Below are positions 6,621 through 15,578 of a DNA stretch of 16,035 nt, in pieces. The DNA is from Candidatus Iainarchaeum sp. (GTDB lineage: Archaea > Iainarchaeota > Iainarchaeia > Iainarchaeales > 0-14-0-20-34-12): assembly GCA_030649345.1 (NCBI GenBank), contig JAUSKK010000052.1, positions 1-16,035 on the forward strand. The letters run 5' to 3'. A program made the position numbers and the translations under genes. Position 1 is the stretch's first letter. Each line of letters begins with the position of its first letter. A model generated the notes under the pieces. That model saw only the letters and a program-made list of their open reading frames with translations. It did no database searches and had not been told where the DNA came from.

Positions 6621-7988
6621 TTATGTTTTTCTTAGTTGGCTAAACTTAAATTGAGTGAATTCTGAGTTTAGTTCATAATGGTCTTTTACGTTTTGAGGCA
6701 ACTCAATACAAGTTGTAACTGATTCGTACGAATATTCTGTTTGATCAAATACATTGTTTTTTAGCCAGTCATATTTTTGTTTTAATACTGGATATTTTTC
6801 GGCTTGGCATCTGAAAATATCTCCAGCAAAAATATACATGGAAAAAGATTCAGCAAAATCTTCATAGGCAGTAAAATGATCCGGTGCTGTTTCTTGAGAC
6901 CAGCCATCGGCATACTGGGTTACAAAACTTTCTGTTCGTTTTTGTGAATTATCTTTAATTTTATAATAACTCCAGCCAATTTCATGAATAATTTCTGAAC
7001 TTAAATCATACGAAATGGAATAAAACGAATTGGTGTCAATGACTGCAATTTTGTTGCCTAAACCTTTGCCATAAAAATAATCATAAACTTTTAGATCCAA
7101 ATAATGAGCATATTCGTGAATTAATGTACTGGCAAAACTTAAATCACTCCAAATGGCCCCCACAGAATCCATTTGATTAATGTCTGCAATATTCCCATAA
7201 TACAATCGATTAAATGAAACCATGCATTTTTTTTCTAGATTGCATTGATACGCCGGTTCACCTGTTAAAGTGTCAAATTGCAAACGAATAAATTCACCTA
7301 AACCAAATCGATTATCCATTAATTTTTCTGGCAATAAATTGAATGCTTTTTGAATTACATAAGCTAAATGATTTTTGGAAGGTTCTCCGCCTAAATTTTC
7401 TTCTTTAAGTTCAGAGTACAATACAAATTGTTTTCCAATCTCTTCATCCATTTGCTCTTGTTCACTTAAATCTTGATCTAATTTCCGCAAACCTTCTTGA
7501 GCTACATTTTCAGTTTCCGGCAATTGATTGTTTTTTAAATAATTCAAATAACAGTCTGCATATCCTGTAGTGCAGGCTGTTTTATAACCCAACATTTTTA
7601 ATGCATTTAATATTTTGAAACCAAACAAAGTTCGATTGTTTTCTCGAATAGATTCATATTCTTTCAGATCATACGTTTGTTGTCCGGCTAAAATTTTTTC
7701 TGCAACTAAATCACCTTTAAAGAATTTACTTTCCGCTAAAGAATCAGGATATTGTTCTTGAATGAATTCAAATTTATCCACTAAACTAGCTGGATTAATT
7801 TCAAAATCACCTGTAACCAAAACAGTTTCAGTGGATTCAATTGTTTTTGAATCTTCAATCAAATCTCGCGCATCTAATTCTGTAACTTTAACTGAATCCA
7901 AAACAGTGGAATTTTCTTCTGAATAATTTTGAGAAGAAACACAGCCCAACAAAAGCAAAAAAATTAAACCAATTAAAGCTAACTTCAT
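6621..7988 (-). CDS. predicted exported lipoprotein, putative zinc metallopeptidase (HExxH)
   Basis: 455-aa ORF. The N-terminus 'MKLALIGLIFLLLLGC' is a signal peptide plus lipobox (L-L-G-C). 'HEYAH' is at 7104-7118 and a downstream 'YEDFAESF' helix at 6849-6863 could supply a third Zn ligand. Six further Cys fall in three close pairs, consistent with an extracytoplasmic protein. The family is not recognisable by eye. Confidence 0.65.
   Translation of the reverse strand: MKLALIGLIFLLLLGCVSSQNYSEENSTVLDSVKVTELDARDLIEDSKTIESTETVLVTGDFEINPASLVDKFEFIQEQYPDSLAESKFFKGDLVAEKILAGQQTYDLKEYESIRENNRTLFGFKILNALKMLGYKTACTTGYADCYLNYLKNNQLPETENVAQEGLRKLDQDLSEQEQMDEEIGKQFVLYSELKEENLGGEPSKNHLAYVIQKAFNLLPEKLMDNRFGLGEFIRLQFDTLTGEPAYQCNLEKKCMVSFNRLYYGNIADINQMDSVGAIWSDLSFASTLIHEYAHYLDLKVYDYFYGKGLGNKIAVIDTNSFYSISYDLSSEIIHEIGWSYYKIKDNSQKRTESFVTQYADGWSQETAPDHFTAYEDFAESFSMYIFAGDIFRCQAEKYPVLKQKYDWLKNNVFDQTEYSYESVTTCIELPQNVKDHYELNSEFTQFKFSQLRKT
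7941..7988 (-). other. signal peptide with lipobox (LLGC), lipidated Cys16
   Basis: Lys at position 2, a hydrophobic core 'LALIGLIFLLLL', then G-C at positions 15-16 followed by 'VSSQ'. Confidence 0.6.
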
Positions 7989-8077
7989 TTCAAAAAGAGG
8001 AAAATAGAGTTAATAAAAGTAAGTACCCAAAGAAACCCTAAAAAGGTCACTCGGGAGTAAATAGCTAAACTTAAACA

Positions 8078-9253
8078 TTATGCAAACTTTTTGCCAATTT
8101 CATTATAGGCATCTCTGAATGTTTTGCCTTCGTTTACAAGCTTTAAGGCTTGCTCGGTTGCATACAATTCTTCAGTTAATGCTTGCCGACATTTGAATTC
8201 ATTGACTTTCAATTTAGTCATTACAACAATCATGGCATTCACGCTTTTTTGAGTTACTTGAAATCCATTCAAGAAAGGTTCTTTGGTTAATTGAAAATCA
8301 CGATTATAACCCGAAGGCAAAGACTGAATCAGGGAAAGCACTTGAATTAAATTTCCTTGCACAACACTTAAATTTCCGCGAATTAATTCCAAGACATCTG
8401 GGTTTTTTTTATGCGGCATTAAAGAAGAACCGGAACAAATTTCATTGGGTAATTCAAAATAGCTAAATTCAAACATAGAAAAAAGAATAATGTCGCTAGC
8501 CATTTTATTTAAATCCAACAAGACTTGCATTAAGGCACTCAAAATAAAGGCTTCAAATTTTCCTCGACTGTTTTGGACATAAGTCAATTCTTGAATTTTA
8601 GAAAACTTTAATAATTTCGCAGTAAATGCTCGATCTAGCGTAAGTGGACTACCATAACCTGCTGCACTGCCTAAAGGATTTTGATCCACTAATTTGAGAG
8701 CAGTTTTTAAAATTTGAATATCATCTTTCAATGAAGCAGTAAAACCATTGGACCAAGAAGAAATACTGGACGGCATCGCTTTCCGCATATGAGTATAGCC
8801 TGGAAAATTTACTTGTTTGTATTTTTTTGAAAACTTTTCCAGTGACTGAATCAATAATTCCACTTTTTCAATGGTTTGATTTAATTCTGCTTTAGAATAC
8901 AAACGTAAAGCAGTTTGCACTTGATCGTTTCTGCTTCGCCCAGTATGGATTTTTTTACCTAAATTTCCGAGTTTTTTAGTGAGATAGTTTTCAATGGCAG
9001 TATGGCAGTCTTCTTGTTCTTTTTTTATTCTAAATTTTCCTTTTTTGTTTAATTCAATTATTTTTTTTAATTCTTTTACAAGTTTTTTAACTTCAGCACT
9101 TTTCAGGACACCAATTTTGCCCAACATTTGTGCATGTGCCATACTTCCAATACAATCATATTCAATCAATTGCAAGTCTAGGACAAAATCATTTCCAACT
9201 GTAAAGTCTTCAATGGTTTTATTCAAAGCGTATTTTTTTTGCCAAAGCTTCAT
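8078..9253 (-). CDS. argH: argininosuccinate lyase
   Basis: 391-aa ORF with the fumarate-lyase family signature 'GSSLMPHKKNP' plus 'TGRSRNDQV' and 'GYTHMRKAMP'. ATGA overlap with the argG stop at 9250-9253. Confidence 0.93.
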   Translation of the reverse strand: MKLWQKKYALNKTIEDFTVGNDFVLDLQLIEYDCIGSMAHAQMLGKIGVLKSAEVKKLVKELKKIIELNKKGKFRIKKEQEDCHTAIENYLTKKLGNLGKKIHTGRSRNDQVQTALRLYSKAELNQTIEKVELLIQSLEKFSKKYKQVNFPGYTHMRKAMPSSISSWSNGFTASLKDDIQILKTALKLVDQNPLGSAAGYGSPLTLDRAFTAKLLKFSKIQELTYVQNSRGKFEAFILSALMQVLLDLNKMASDIILFSMFEFSYFELPNEICSGSSLMPHKKNPDVLELIRGNLSVVQGNLIQVLSLIQSLPSGYNRDFQLTKEPFLNGFQVTQKSVNAMIVVMTKLKVNEFKCRQALTEELYATEQALKLVNEGKTFRDAYNEIGKKFA

Positions 9254-10503
9254 TCAGATCCTCGTTTCTTACTAAAATAATGTATTCCTAGTTTTTTATT
9301 TATTCCTGCCTGCACTTTTAAAGGCAATCCTTGGATTTTTAAGAAACCCGTGGAATCGTCTTGATTAAAGGTTCCGCCGCCTTCCATGGTTGCAATTTTT
9401 TCGCTATACAAAGAATATTCTGAAGTTCTACCCGTAATAATTACATTGCCTTTATAGAGTTCCAAAGAAACTATGCCTGTAATTCCTTTTTGGGTTTCAT
9501 CCACAAAAGTATTCAAGGCTTGCATTTGACGAGAACACCAAAATCCATTGTAAACTGTTTTTGCATACTGTGGAATAAATTGATCACGTAAATGCATTAA
9601 GTCTCTGTCCATACACAAACCTTCTAAGTCTCTATGAGCTTGATACAAAATTGTAACACCCGGTGCTTGATAAACTCCGCGACTTTTCATTCCAACAAAA
9701 CGATTTTCCACAATATCAATATACCCAATTCCATTTTTGGCGCCCACAGTATTCAAATAATTCAATAATTTTACTGGACTCATTTTTTTTCCATTTACGT
9801 TTACAGGAACACCGTTTTCAAAACCAATAGCTAATTTAGTAAATGTATTCGGAGCTTTATCGGGCGAACAAGTAACTTCATAAATCGCTTTTGGCGGCTT
9901 TTGATTTGGATCTTCTAAGATTCCAGCTTCAAAACTACTGTGCGCCATATTGGCATCAATACTCCAAGGTTTAGCAGTAGTTGCTTTGATCGGAATTCCA
10001 TTTTTTTCAGCAAATGCAATGGCTTCCATTCTTCCAGGAATTAATTCACGAAATTCTTTAATTCTCCAAGGAGCAATAATTTCTACATTCGGCATAAGCG
10101 AATATGCAACTAACTCAAACCGGCATTGATCATTTCCTTTGCCGGTAGCACCGTGAGCAATCAAATTGGTTTTTTCCTTTAATGCAACTTCCACCAAAGC
10201 TTTCATAATATACGGACGAGCAATACTGGTTCCCAACAAGTATCTGTTTTCATATTTGGCTTCTGCTTTAATTAATTGAAATACTCCATCTTCAACAAAT
10301 TCTTGTTTCATGTCTTTTAAAACAAATTTTTTAGCACCACTTTGCAATGCTTTTTGTTTCAAGTTTAAGTTTTCATTTTGACCCAAATCAACAGTTACCG
10401 CAATCACATCGTATCCTTGATCAGCCAGCCATCGAACAATTACAGAAGTATCTAAACCACCTGAATAAGCTAAACATACTTTTTTATTTTTTTCAATTCC
10501 CAT
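9250..10503 (-). CDS. argG: argininosuccinate synthase
   Basis: 417-aa ORF with ATP-binding 'AYSGGLDTS', plus 'AHGATGKGNDQCRFE' and 'ENRFVGMKSRGVY'. GGAGG lies 7 nt upstream of the ATG. Confidence 0.95.
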   Translation of the reverse strand: MGIEKNKKVCLAYSGGLDTSVIVRWLADQGYDVIAVTVDLGQNENLNLKQKALQSGAKKFVLKDMKQEFVEDGVFQLIKAEAKYENRYLLGTSIARPYIMKALVEVALKEKTNLIAHGATGKGNDQCRFELVAYSLMPNVEIIAPWRIKEFRELIPGRMEAIAFAEKNGIPIKATTAKPWSIDANMAHSSFEAGILEDPNQKPPKAIYEVTCSPDKAPNTFTKLAIGFENGVPVNVNGKKMSPVKLLNYLNTVGAKNGIGYIDIVENRFVGMKSRGVYQAPGVTILYQAHRDLEGLCMDRDLMHLRDQFIPQYAKTVYNGFWCSRQMQALNTFVDETQKGITGIVSLELYKGNVIITGRTSEYSLYSEKIATMEGGGTFNQDDSTGFLKIQGLPLKVQAGINKKLGIHYFSKKRGSE

Positions 10504-10510
10504 TTTAGTT

Positions 10511-10515
10511 CCTCC
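10511..10515 (-). promoter_or_regulatory. Shine-Dalgarno motif (GGAGG) for argG
   Basis: CCTCC on the plus strand is GGAGG on the coding strand. It lies in the 13-nt argB-argG gap, 7 nt from ATG 10503. Confidence 0.6.
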
Positions 10516-10516
10516 A

Positions 10517-11308
10517 TTATTTCACAATTACAGTTCCAATAAAATTATCTCCAGAATTAGCCAATACATTGGCTAGGCTTTCCATATTTACAATATGAAT
10601 CTTTTTTACTCCTTTTCGCAATGCATGAATGCACGAATTTAGTTTTGGAATCATTCCACTGTGAACAATTTCTTGCTTAATTAATTTTTTAATCTCATTG
10701 GGTGTCAATTTAGAAAAATACTTTTTTTGCCCATTCACTTTAGAATAAACACCAGCTTCATCTGTTAAAAAAATCAATTTATCTGCTTGCATGCATTCAG
10801 CAACTTGTGCAGCCACTTCATCAGCGTTAATATTTAATAATTTTCCTTGTTGAGTTGCAGCTAAAGGAGAAATTAAAAGAATAAATTTTTGATTTAACAA
10901 AACCTGGATAAGATTTTGATTAACTATTTCCACTAAGCCTACCGCACCATACACATCCGCAGGCTCTAATTGTTTTGCAGTCAACAAATTTGAATCCAAA
11001 CCCGTTAAGTGCACCATCGACAAACCTTTTTTTTGAGCAACTAAACTTAAGTCAATTGCAATTTGGCCATACGCCAATTTAATTGCATTCAATGTTTCAG
11101 GATCTGTTTTACGCAATCCATTAATAATCTGAGGTTTCACTTTTTTCAAACTAAGCAATTCACTAATTTGAACCCCGCCACCATGAACAATAATAACAAT
11201 TTGTTTTTGTTCAATCCATTTTTTAATTTGAGCAAACAATGAATCAATTAAATCCAGAGAAGTCAAAGCTTTTCCACTGACTTTTAAAACAATAATTGAA
11301 TTTTTCAT
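10517..11308 (-). CDS. argB: acetylglutamate kinase
   Basis: 263-aa amino-acid-kinase fold with 'IIVHGGGVQI', 'NINADEVAAQVA' and 'LIFLTDEAGVY'. ATGA overlap with the argC stop at 11305-11308. Confidence 0.9.
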   Translation of the reverse strand: MKNSIIVLKVSGKALTSLDLIDSLFAQIKKWIEQKQIVIIVHGGGVQISELLSLKKVKPQIINGLRKTDPETLNAIKLAYGQIAIDLSLVAQKKGLSMVHLTGLDSNLLTAKQLEPADVYGAVGLVEIVNQNLIQVLLNQKFILLISPLAATQQGKLLNINADEVAAQVAECMQADKLIFLTDEAGVYSKVNGQKKYFSKLTPNEIKKLIKQEIVHSGMIPKLNSCIHALRKGVKKIHIVNMESLANVLANSGDNFIGTVIVK

Positions 11309-12183
11309 AACAATCCTTCGGTTTCTTTGAATCCAAACATTAAATTCATATTTTCAATTGCCTGCGAAGCAGCTCCTTTTTGTAAATTATCCAAAGCAGA
11401 CACAATCACTAAACGTTTATTGGAAATTTCAAATCCACCAATTTCAATAAATGGAGTATTTTGAACAGTTTGCAAACTGGGAATGGATTCTTTTATTTTT
11501 ACAAACGATTTATTGGCATAAAAGTTTTCATACAGTTTCTTTACTTCTTGGATATTCAAATCTTTTTTCAGCAAAACATGACTGGTACACAAAAGTCCGC
11601 GTTTTACTGGAATAATATGCGGCGTAAAATGAATCGGAAACTTTAATTGTCCTTGAATTTCTTTTTCATGTTTGTGTTGGGTTAGACTATAGGCATGAAT
11701 GTTTTCGCTTAAATAATTAAAATTAGTTATGTCTGTATTTGCTTTTCCTGCTCCAGAAACGCCGCTTTTTCCATCAATTACTACTTGATCTATGCTTTTA
11801 TTCAAATTCAAGGGAAGCAAAGCCAAAATAGCTGTGGTTGCATAACATCCTGGATTGGATACTTTTTGAGCTATTTCAATTTTCTTGGAATAAATTTCAG
11901 GCAAACCATACACAAAATTAGGATTAAATCTATTATCACTGCTTAAATCAATTAAGCGAGTGTCAATTTTGTTAACATACCCGTTTGCTTGACCTGCAGG
12001 CAATGCCAAAAAAACTAAATCACATTGATTCAATTCAGAAACCATTGAATTCAATTCAGTTTCATTGGCTGGCTTATTTGAAATAAGTGTTTTAAGTTTA
12101 ATGTTTGAATGAAATTGCAACAATTTAACTAGTTCCATTCCAACAAAACCAGCATGGCCAACAATTCCAATTTTTTTACACAT
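11305..12183 (-). CDS. argC: N-acetyl-gamma-glutamyl-phosphate reductase
   Basis: Rossmann N-terminus 'KIGIVGHAGFVGMEL', catalytic Cys motif 'NPGCYAT', and 'ALDNLQKGAASQA'. I chose ATG 12183-12181. The listed ORF's extra 37 codons lie inside argD and look like low-complexity read-through. At 292 aa this is short for ArgC. Confidence 0.88.
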   Translation of the reverse strand: MCKKIGIVGHAGFVGMELVKLLQFHSNIKLKTLISNKPANETELNSMVSELNQCDLVFLALPAGQANGYVNKIDTRLIDLSSDNRFNPNFVYGLPEIYSKKIEIAQKVSNPGCYATTAILALLPLNLNKSIDQVVIDGKSGVSGAGKANTDITNFNYLSENIHAYSLTQHKHEKEIQGQLKFPIHFTPHIIPVKRGLLCTSHVLLKKDLNIQEVKKLYENFYANKSFVKIKESIPSLQTVQNTPFIEIGGFEISNKRLVIVSALDNLQKGAASQAIENMNLMFGFKETEGLL

Positions 12184-13348
12184 CCTGAATCTCCTGAAGG
12201 GATTTTCCAAAAACAGAAATCGCTTGATCAATTTCTGAATACGTAATTGTAAGCGGAGGCAAAAGGCGAACTGTTTTTTCTTTACACACACCAACTAGAA
12301 CTCCGTTATCTTCACAAATTTTTTTAAATTTTTTTGCTTGATCTTTAAAAGTAATTCCAATCATGAGTCCTTTTCCATGAACAGACTCAATCAGATTTGA
12401 TTTTTTTTGCAATGTTTTCAGTTTTGTTTGAAAATAATTTCCTTTTACAACAGCTTGTTCCATTAACTTATTTTGCAGAATATACTGTAAAGTCAAAAAA
12501 CTGGCTTGCGTGCAAAAAGCATTACCGCCATACGTAGAACCTTGATTTCCAATATCAAACGCAATTCCTTTTTTTGCAATCGTAACACCAATCGGAAAAC
12601 CGTTAGCTAAACCTTTAGCGGCCACCACAATATCTGGCTTAATTTTTTCATGTTGGAATGCAAATAATTTTCCAGTTCTTGCAATTCCTGTTTGAACTTC
12701 ATCTAAGATTAATAAAATATTTTTTTCTCTACAAATTTTTGAAACTTTTTTAAGATAGTCTGCACTCGGCAAAATAACACCAGCTTCTCCTTGAATGGGT
12801 TCCACCAAAAAGGCCGCAGTTTTTTCAGTAATTGCTTTTTCTAAAGCCAGTGAATCATTATACGGAATATGCTTGAATCCTTGAACCAAAGGTTTGCAGA
12901 ATTCTTTGTATTTTTTATTCCAAGTAGCACTCAAGGCACCCATGGTTCTTCCATGAAAAGCATTCTTGCAGGCAATAATTTCTTTTTTTCCAGAATGTTT
13001 TCTAGCTAATTTTATAGCCACTTCAATTCCTTCAGACCCAGAATTTGAAAAAAAACATTTATCCAATCCAGTAATTGTGGTTAATAATTTTGCCAATTGA
13101 GCTTGCGGTTCACTATAATATAAATTGGATGAATTAACCAAAGAAAATTGTTTCACTAATTTTTTTTCAAACCAATCCGGATTATGTCCCAAGATTTGAG
13201 TTCCAATACCAGCCAATAAATCAAGATATTGTTTTCCTTCTGGTGTCCAAACATAGGTTCCTTTTCCTTTGCTTAAAGTCAAGGCACTGCGCGCATAAGT
13301 TGGCTGTAAATATTTTTCAGCCATAGTTTGCACTTCTAAACTATTCAT
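12176..13348 (-). CDS. argD: acetylornithine aminotransferase
   Basis: 390-aa class-III aminotransferase with 'SNSGSEGIE', 'DEVQTGIARTG' and the PLP-lysine region 'VVAAKGLANGFP'. Its start overlaps the argJ stop by 1 nt (TAATG). Confidence 0.92.
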   Translation of the reverse strand: MNSLEVQTMAEKYLQPTYARSALTLSKGKGTYVWTPEGKQYLDLLAGIGTQILGHNPDWFEKKLVKQFSLVNSSNLYYSEPQAQLAKLLTTITGLDKCFFSNSGSEGIEVAIKLARKHSGKKEIIACKNAFHGRTMGALSATWNKKYKEFCKPLVQGFKHIPYNDSLALEKAITEKTAAFLVEPIQGEAGVILPSADYLKKVSKICREKNILLILDEVQTGIARTGKLFAFQHEKIKPDIVVAAKGLANGFPIGVTIAKKGIAFDIGNQGSTYGGNAFCTQASFLTLQYILQNKLMEQAVVKGNYFQTKLKTLQKKSNLIESVHGKGLMIGITFKDQAKKFKKICEDNGVLVGVCKEKTVRLLPPLTITYSEIDQAISVFGKSLQEIQDV

Positions 13349-14526
13349 TAAAGCACCCCAGGCGCGTAAAATGTATTAATTTCTACATATTTTTTGGTTA
13401 AATTACAACCCAAGGCCACGGATTCTTTTTTACCTTGATTTAAATTAATTTCAATCTGAATACATTTTTTGTGCATATTTTTGTGAAACAAAAAATAATC
13501 TACTTTTAAAAACTGGTTATGCGAAAATATTTTTTGACCATTGATTAAAAGTTTAACTTTAGCTGGATTCACTTTAATGAAAGTTGAACCCAAGGCAGCC
13601 AGAATACGACCCACCAAGCCTGTTTTTCCAGTGATTGCCGTTTTAACCAAATCAGAACTAACTACTGCTTTAGCCAGTAAGGCAGCTTGCTTTTGTGTTT
13701 TTGCATTTTTTACTTTAACTTCCATTAATTTGCCTGCACCTTCTGCATCTTCAGCAATTTTTGTAGAAACTTTTACACACAATTCAGTTAACAATTTTTG
13801 AAAATTTTCCAATTCAATTTGTTTTTCTTGGGTACTTAGCAAAACAACAGAATCATTGGTACTTTGGCATCCATCCACTGAAAGTTGATTAAAAGATTGG
13901 TTGGCTGCTAAATTTAAACTTTTTTGCAATTCAGCAACTGAAAGTTTTGCATTGGTTGCAATAAAACACAGCATAGTAGCCATGTTGGGATTAATCATTC
14001 CAGAACCTTTGGCAATGCAAGCAATCTTGATTCCATTTTGTTGAACAGTTACTTGTTTGGGTTTATTGTCTGTAGTTAAAATTGCTTGAGCTGCATTAAA
14101 TTCATGCACATACGTAGTGCCTAACTGAGATTTGATTTTTTTCAGTCCTTGTTTAATTTTATCCATCGGCAAAGCAGTGCCAATGACTCCAGTGCTGAAA
14201 ACCAAAACTTCTTCTTTTTTAATTTTTAATTCATTGGCAAAAATAGCACATGTTTCTTCAGCATCTAAGATGCCTTGCAAGCCAGTACATGCATTTGCAT
14301 TTCCACTATTGGCTACAATGGCTTTTACACAATTTTTGCTTTTCTTCAAATGCTTTTTAGAAACCAAAATTGGAGCGGCTTTGAAGGCATTGGTTGTAAA
14401 AACAGCAACAGCAGTAAGCGGCTTTGCTGAAAAAATAATCGTAAAATCTTTTTTCTTTTTTTTAAGCCCAATATGTTTACCTAAACACGAAATTCCATTA
14501 ATTGAAGTTAACCCTAATTCACTCAC
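13348..14526 (-). CDS. argJ: bifunctional ornithine acetyltransferase / N-acetylglutamate synthase
   Basis: 392-aa ORF with the autoproteolytic site context 'PNMATMLCFIATNA' and 'ANSGNANACTG'. GTG start at 14526-14524, preceded by GGGGG (14533-14537) 6 nt upstream. Confidence 0.92.
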   Translation of the reverse strand: MSELGLTSINGISCLGKHIGLKKKKKDFTIIFSAKPLTAVAVFTTNAFKAAPILVSKKHLKKSKNCVKAIVANSGNANACTGLQGILDAEETCAIFANELKIKKEEVLVFSTGVIGTALPMDKIKQGLKKIKSQLGTTYVHEFNAAQAILTTDNKPKQVTVQQNGIKIACIAKGSGMINPNMATMLCFIATNAKLSVAELQKSLNLAANQSFNQLSVDGCQSTNDSVVLLSTQEKQIELENFQKLLTELCVKVSTKIAEDAEGAGKLMEVKVKNAKTQKQAALLAKAVVSSDLVKTAITGKTGLVGRILAALGSTFIKVNPAKVKLLINGQKIFSHNQFLKVDYFLFHKNMHKKCIQIEINLNQGKKESVALGCNLTKKYVEINTFYAPGVL

Positions 14527-14570
14527 GTTATTCCCCCTATTTAAAACTAATTTTAATTAAATTATTTACT

Positions 14571-14592
14571 CCAAAAAAATTGGTTAAAAAAA
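14571..14592 (-). terminator. two T7 tracts flanking a CCAA/TTGG mini-inverted repeat immediately after the argF stop
   Basis: The coding strand after TAA (14595-14593) reads TTTTTTTAACCAATTTTTTTGG. This sits in the 66-nt argF-argJ gap, the largest gap inside the arg cluster. Confidence 0.25.
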
Positions 14593-15516
14593 TTATCTAT
14601 TCAAAACAAAGTTCAGCACTGCTTTTTGTGCATGCAGTTTGTTGGCTGCTTGTTGAAAAATAATGGATTTATTGGATCGAATTAATAATTCATTAATTTC
14701 TTTTCCAGGATAAGCTGGCAAACAATGCATAATTTTTGCATTTTTATTGGCATGACTTAAAAGATCTACATTAATTTGATAATTTTGAAATGCTTTTTCT
14801 TTTACTTTTTTAAGATTTTCTTCACCCATACTAATCCAAGTATCTGTATACACAAAATCTGCATTTTGAACAGCTTCTTTGGGGTCATTAAATAATTGAA
14901 GAACTCCTTCTTTTTTTCCTTCATAAACAGCATCTTCTAAAGGCTCGTATTTTTTGGGAGTAGCTACTTTAATTTGCACACCCAATTTAGCTGCAGCAAT
15001 AATCAAAGAATTACAAACATTGTTTCCATCTCCAATATAGGCAACAGTCACATTAGCTAAATTTTCTGAGTATTCTTGAATGGTTAAAAAATCAGACAAA
15101 GCTTGACATGGGTGAAACAAATCAGACAAAGCATTAATAACTGGAATTTGAGTTACATCTGCCATTATTTCTAAATCTGATTGCTTAAATACACGAGCTG
15201 CAATAACATTCGAATAACTTTCCAGACACAGAATTTCATCTTCCAACCTTGCTTTCTGCAATTGGGTTGTTTTCCAATCCAGATAGATTGCTTGACCACC
15301 CAATTGATACATTCCTGCTTCAAACGAGCTACGAGTACGAGTAGATTGTTTTTCAAATAACAGAGTTAAAATTTTGCCATTCAATGCTTTAGAATATTTC
15401 TTAGGATTTGCTTTTATGTCAACAGATGACTTAAGAACAAACTTCACTTCTTTCGAAGACCAATCCAACAAAGACAACAAATCTTTTTTTGGAGAAATTA
15501 CTAATTTTTTTTGCAT
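14593..15516 (-). CDS. argF: ornithine carbamoyltransferase
   Basis: 307-aa ORF with carbamoyl-phosphate motif 'STRTR', 'HPCQ', ornithine-binding 'DTWISMG' and 'HCLPA'. First gene of the arg cluster. Confidence 0.93.
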   Translation of the reverse strand: MQKKLVISPKKDLLSLLDWSSKEVKFVLKSSVDIKANPKKYSKALNGKILTLLFEKQSTRTRSSFEAGMYQLGGQAIYLDWKTTQLQKARLEDEILCLESYSNVIAARVFKQSDLEIMADVTQIPVINALSDLFHPCQALSDFLTIQEYSENLANVTVAYIGDGNNVCNSLIIAAAKLGVQIKVATPKKYEPLEDAVYEGKKEGVLQLFNDPKEAVQNADFVYTDTWISMGEENLKKVKEKAFQNYQINVDLLSHANKNAKIMHCLPAYPGKEINELLIRSNKSIIFQQAANKLHAQKAVLNFVLNR

Positions 15517-15578
15517 ACCTTAATCCTTTTTTGTTATTTATATTGATTTTGCCTGAAAAAAGACAAATTAGACAACAT

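Noticed and set aside
7989-8077. A relatively GC-richer patch (GTACCCAAAGAAACCCTAAAAAGGTCACTCGGGAG) between argH and the lipoprotein gene, considered as a small RNA or terminator.
   Set aside because: Only 3-4 bp stems are present (ACTC-CC-GAGT, CCT-AAAA-AGG). There is no tRNA-like structure and it is too short to call. It may contain a T5 termination tract for argH, but I cannot support a discrete feature.
12184-12294. A 37-codon N-terminal extension of the argC ORF (MVCVKKKQFAFCLRLQLRIQKLIKRFLFLENPFRRFR).
   Set aside because: It lies wholly within the 3' end of argD in another frame. It has no similarity to ArgC N-termini, which begin with the Rossmann 'KIGIVG' strand found right after ATG 12183.
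343-14560. Plus-strand ORFs of 61-147 aa from the track: 343-549, 574-828, 1156-1350, 2038-2268, 3210-3653, 6329-6553, 8994-9275, 11461-11646, 13541-13801 and 14132-14560.
   Set aside because: Each lies entirely antisense to a minus-strand gene with strong family motifs. Their translations are low-complexity and Phe/Leu/Ile/Lys-rich, as expected for shadow frames in AT-rich DNA. None has recognisable motifs or an independent start context.
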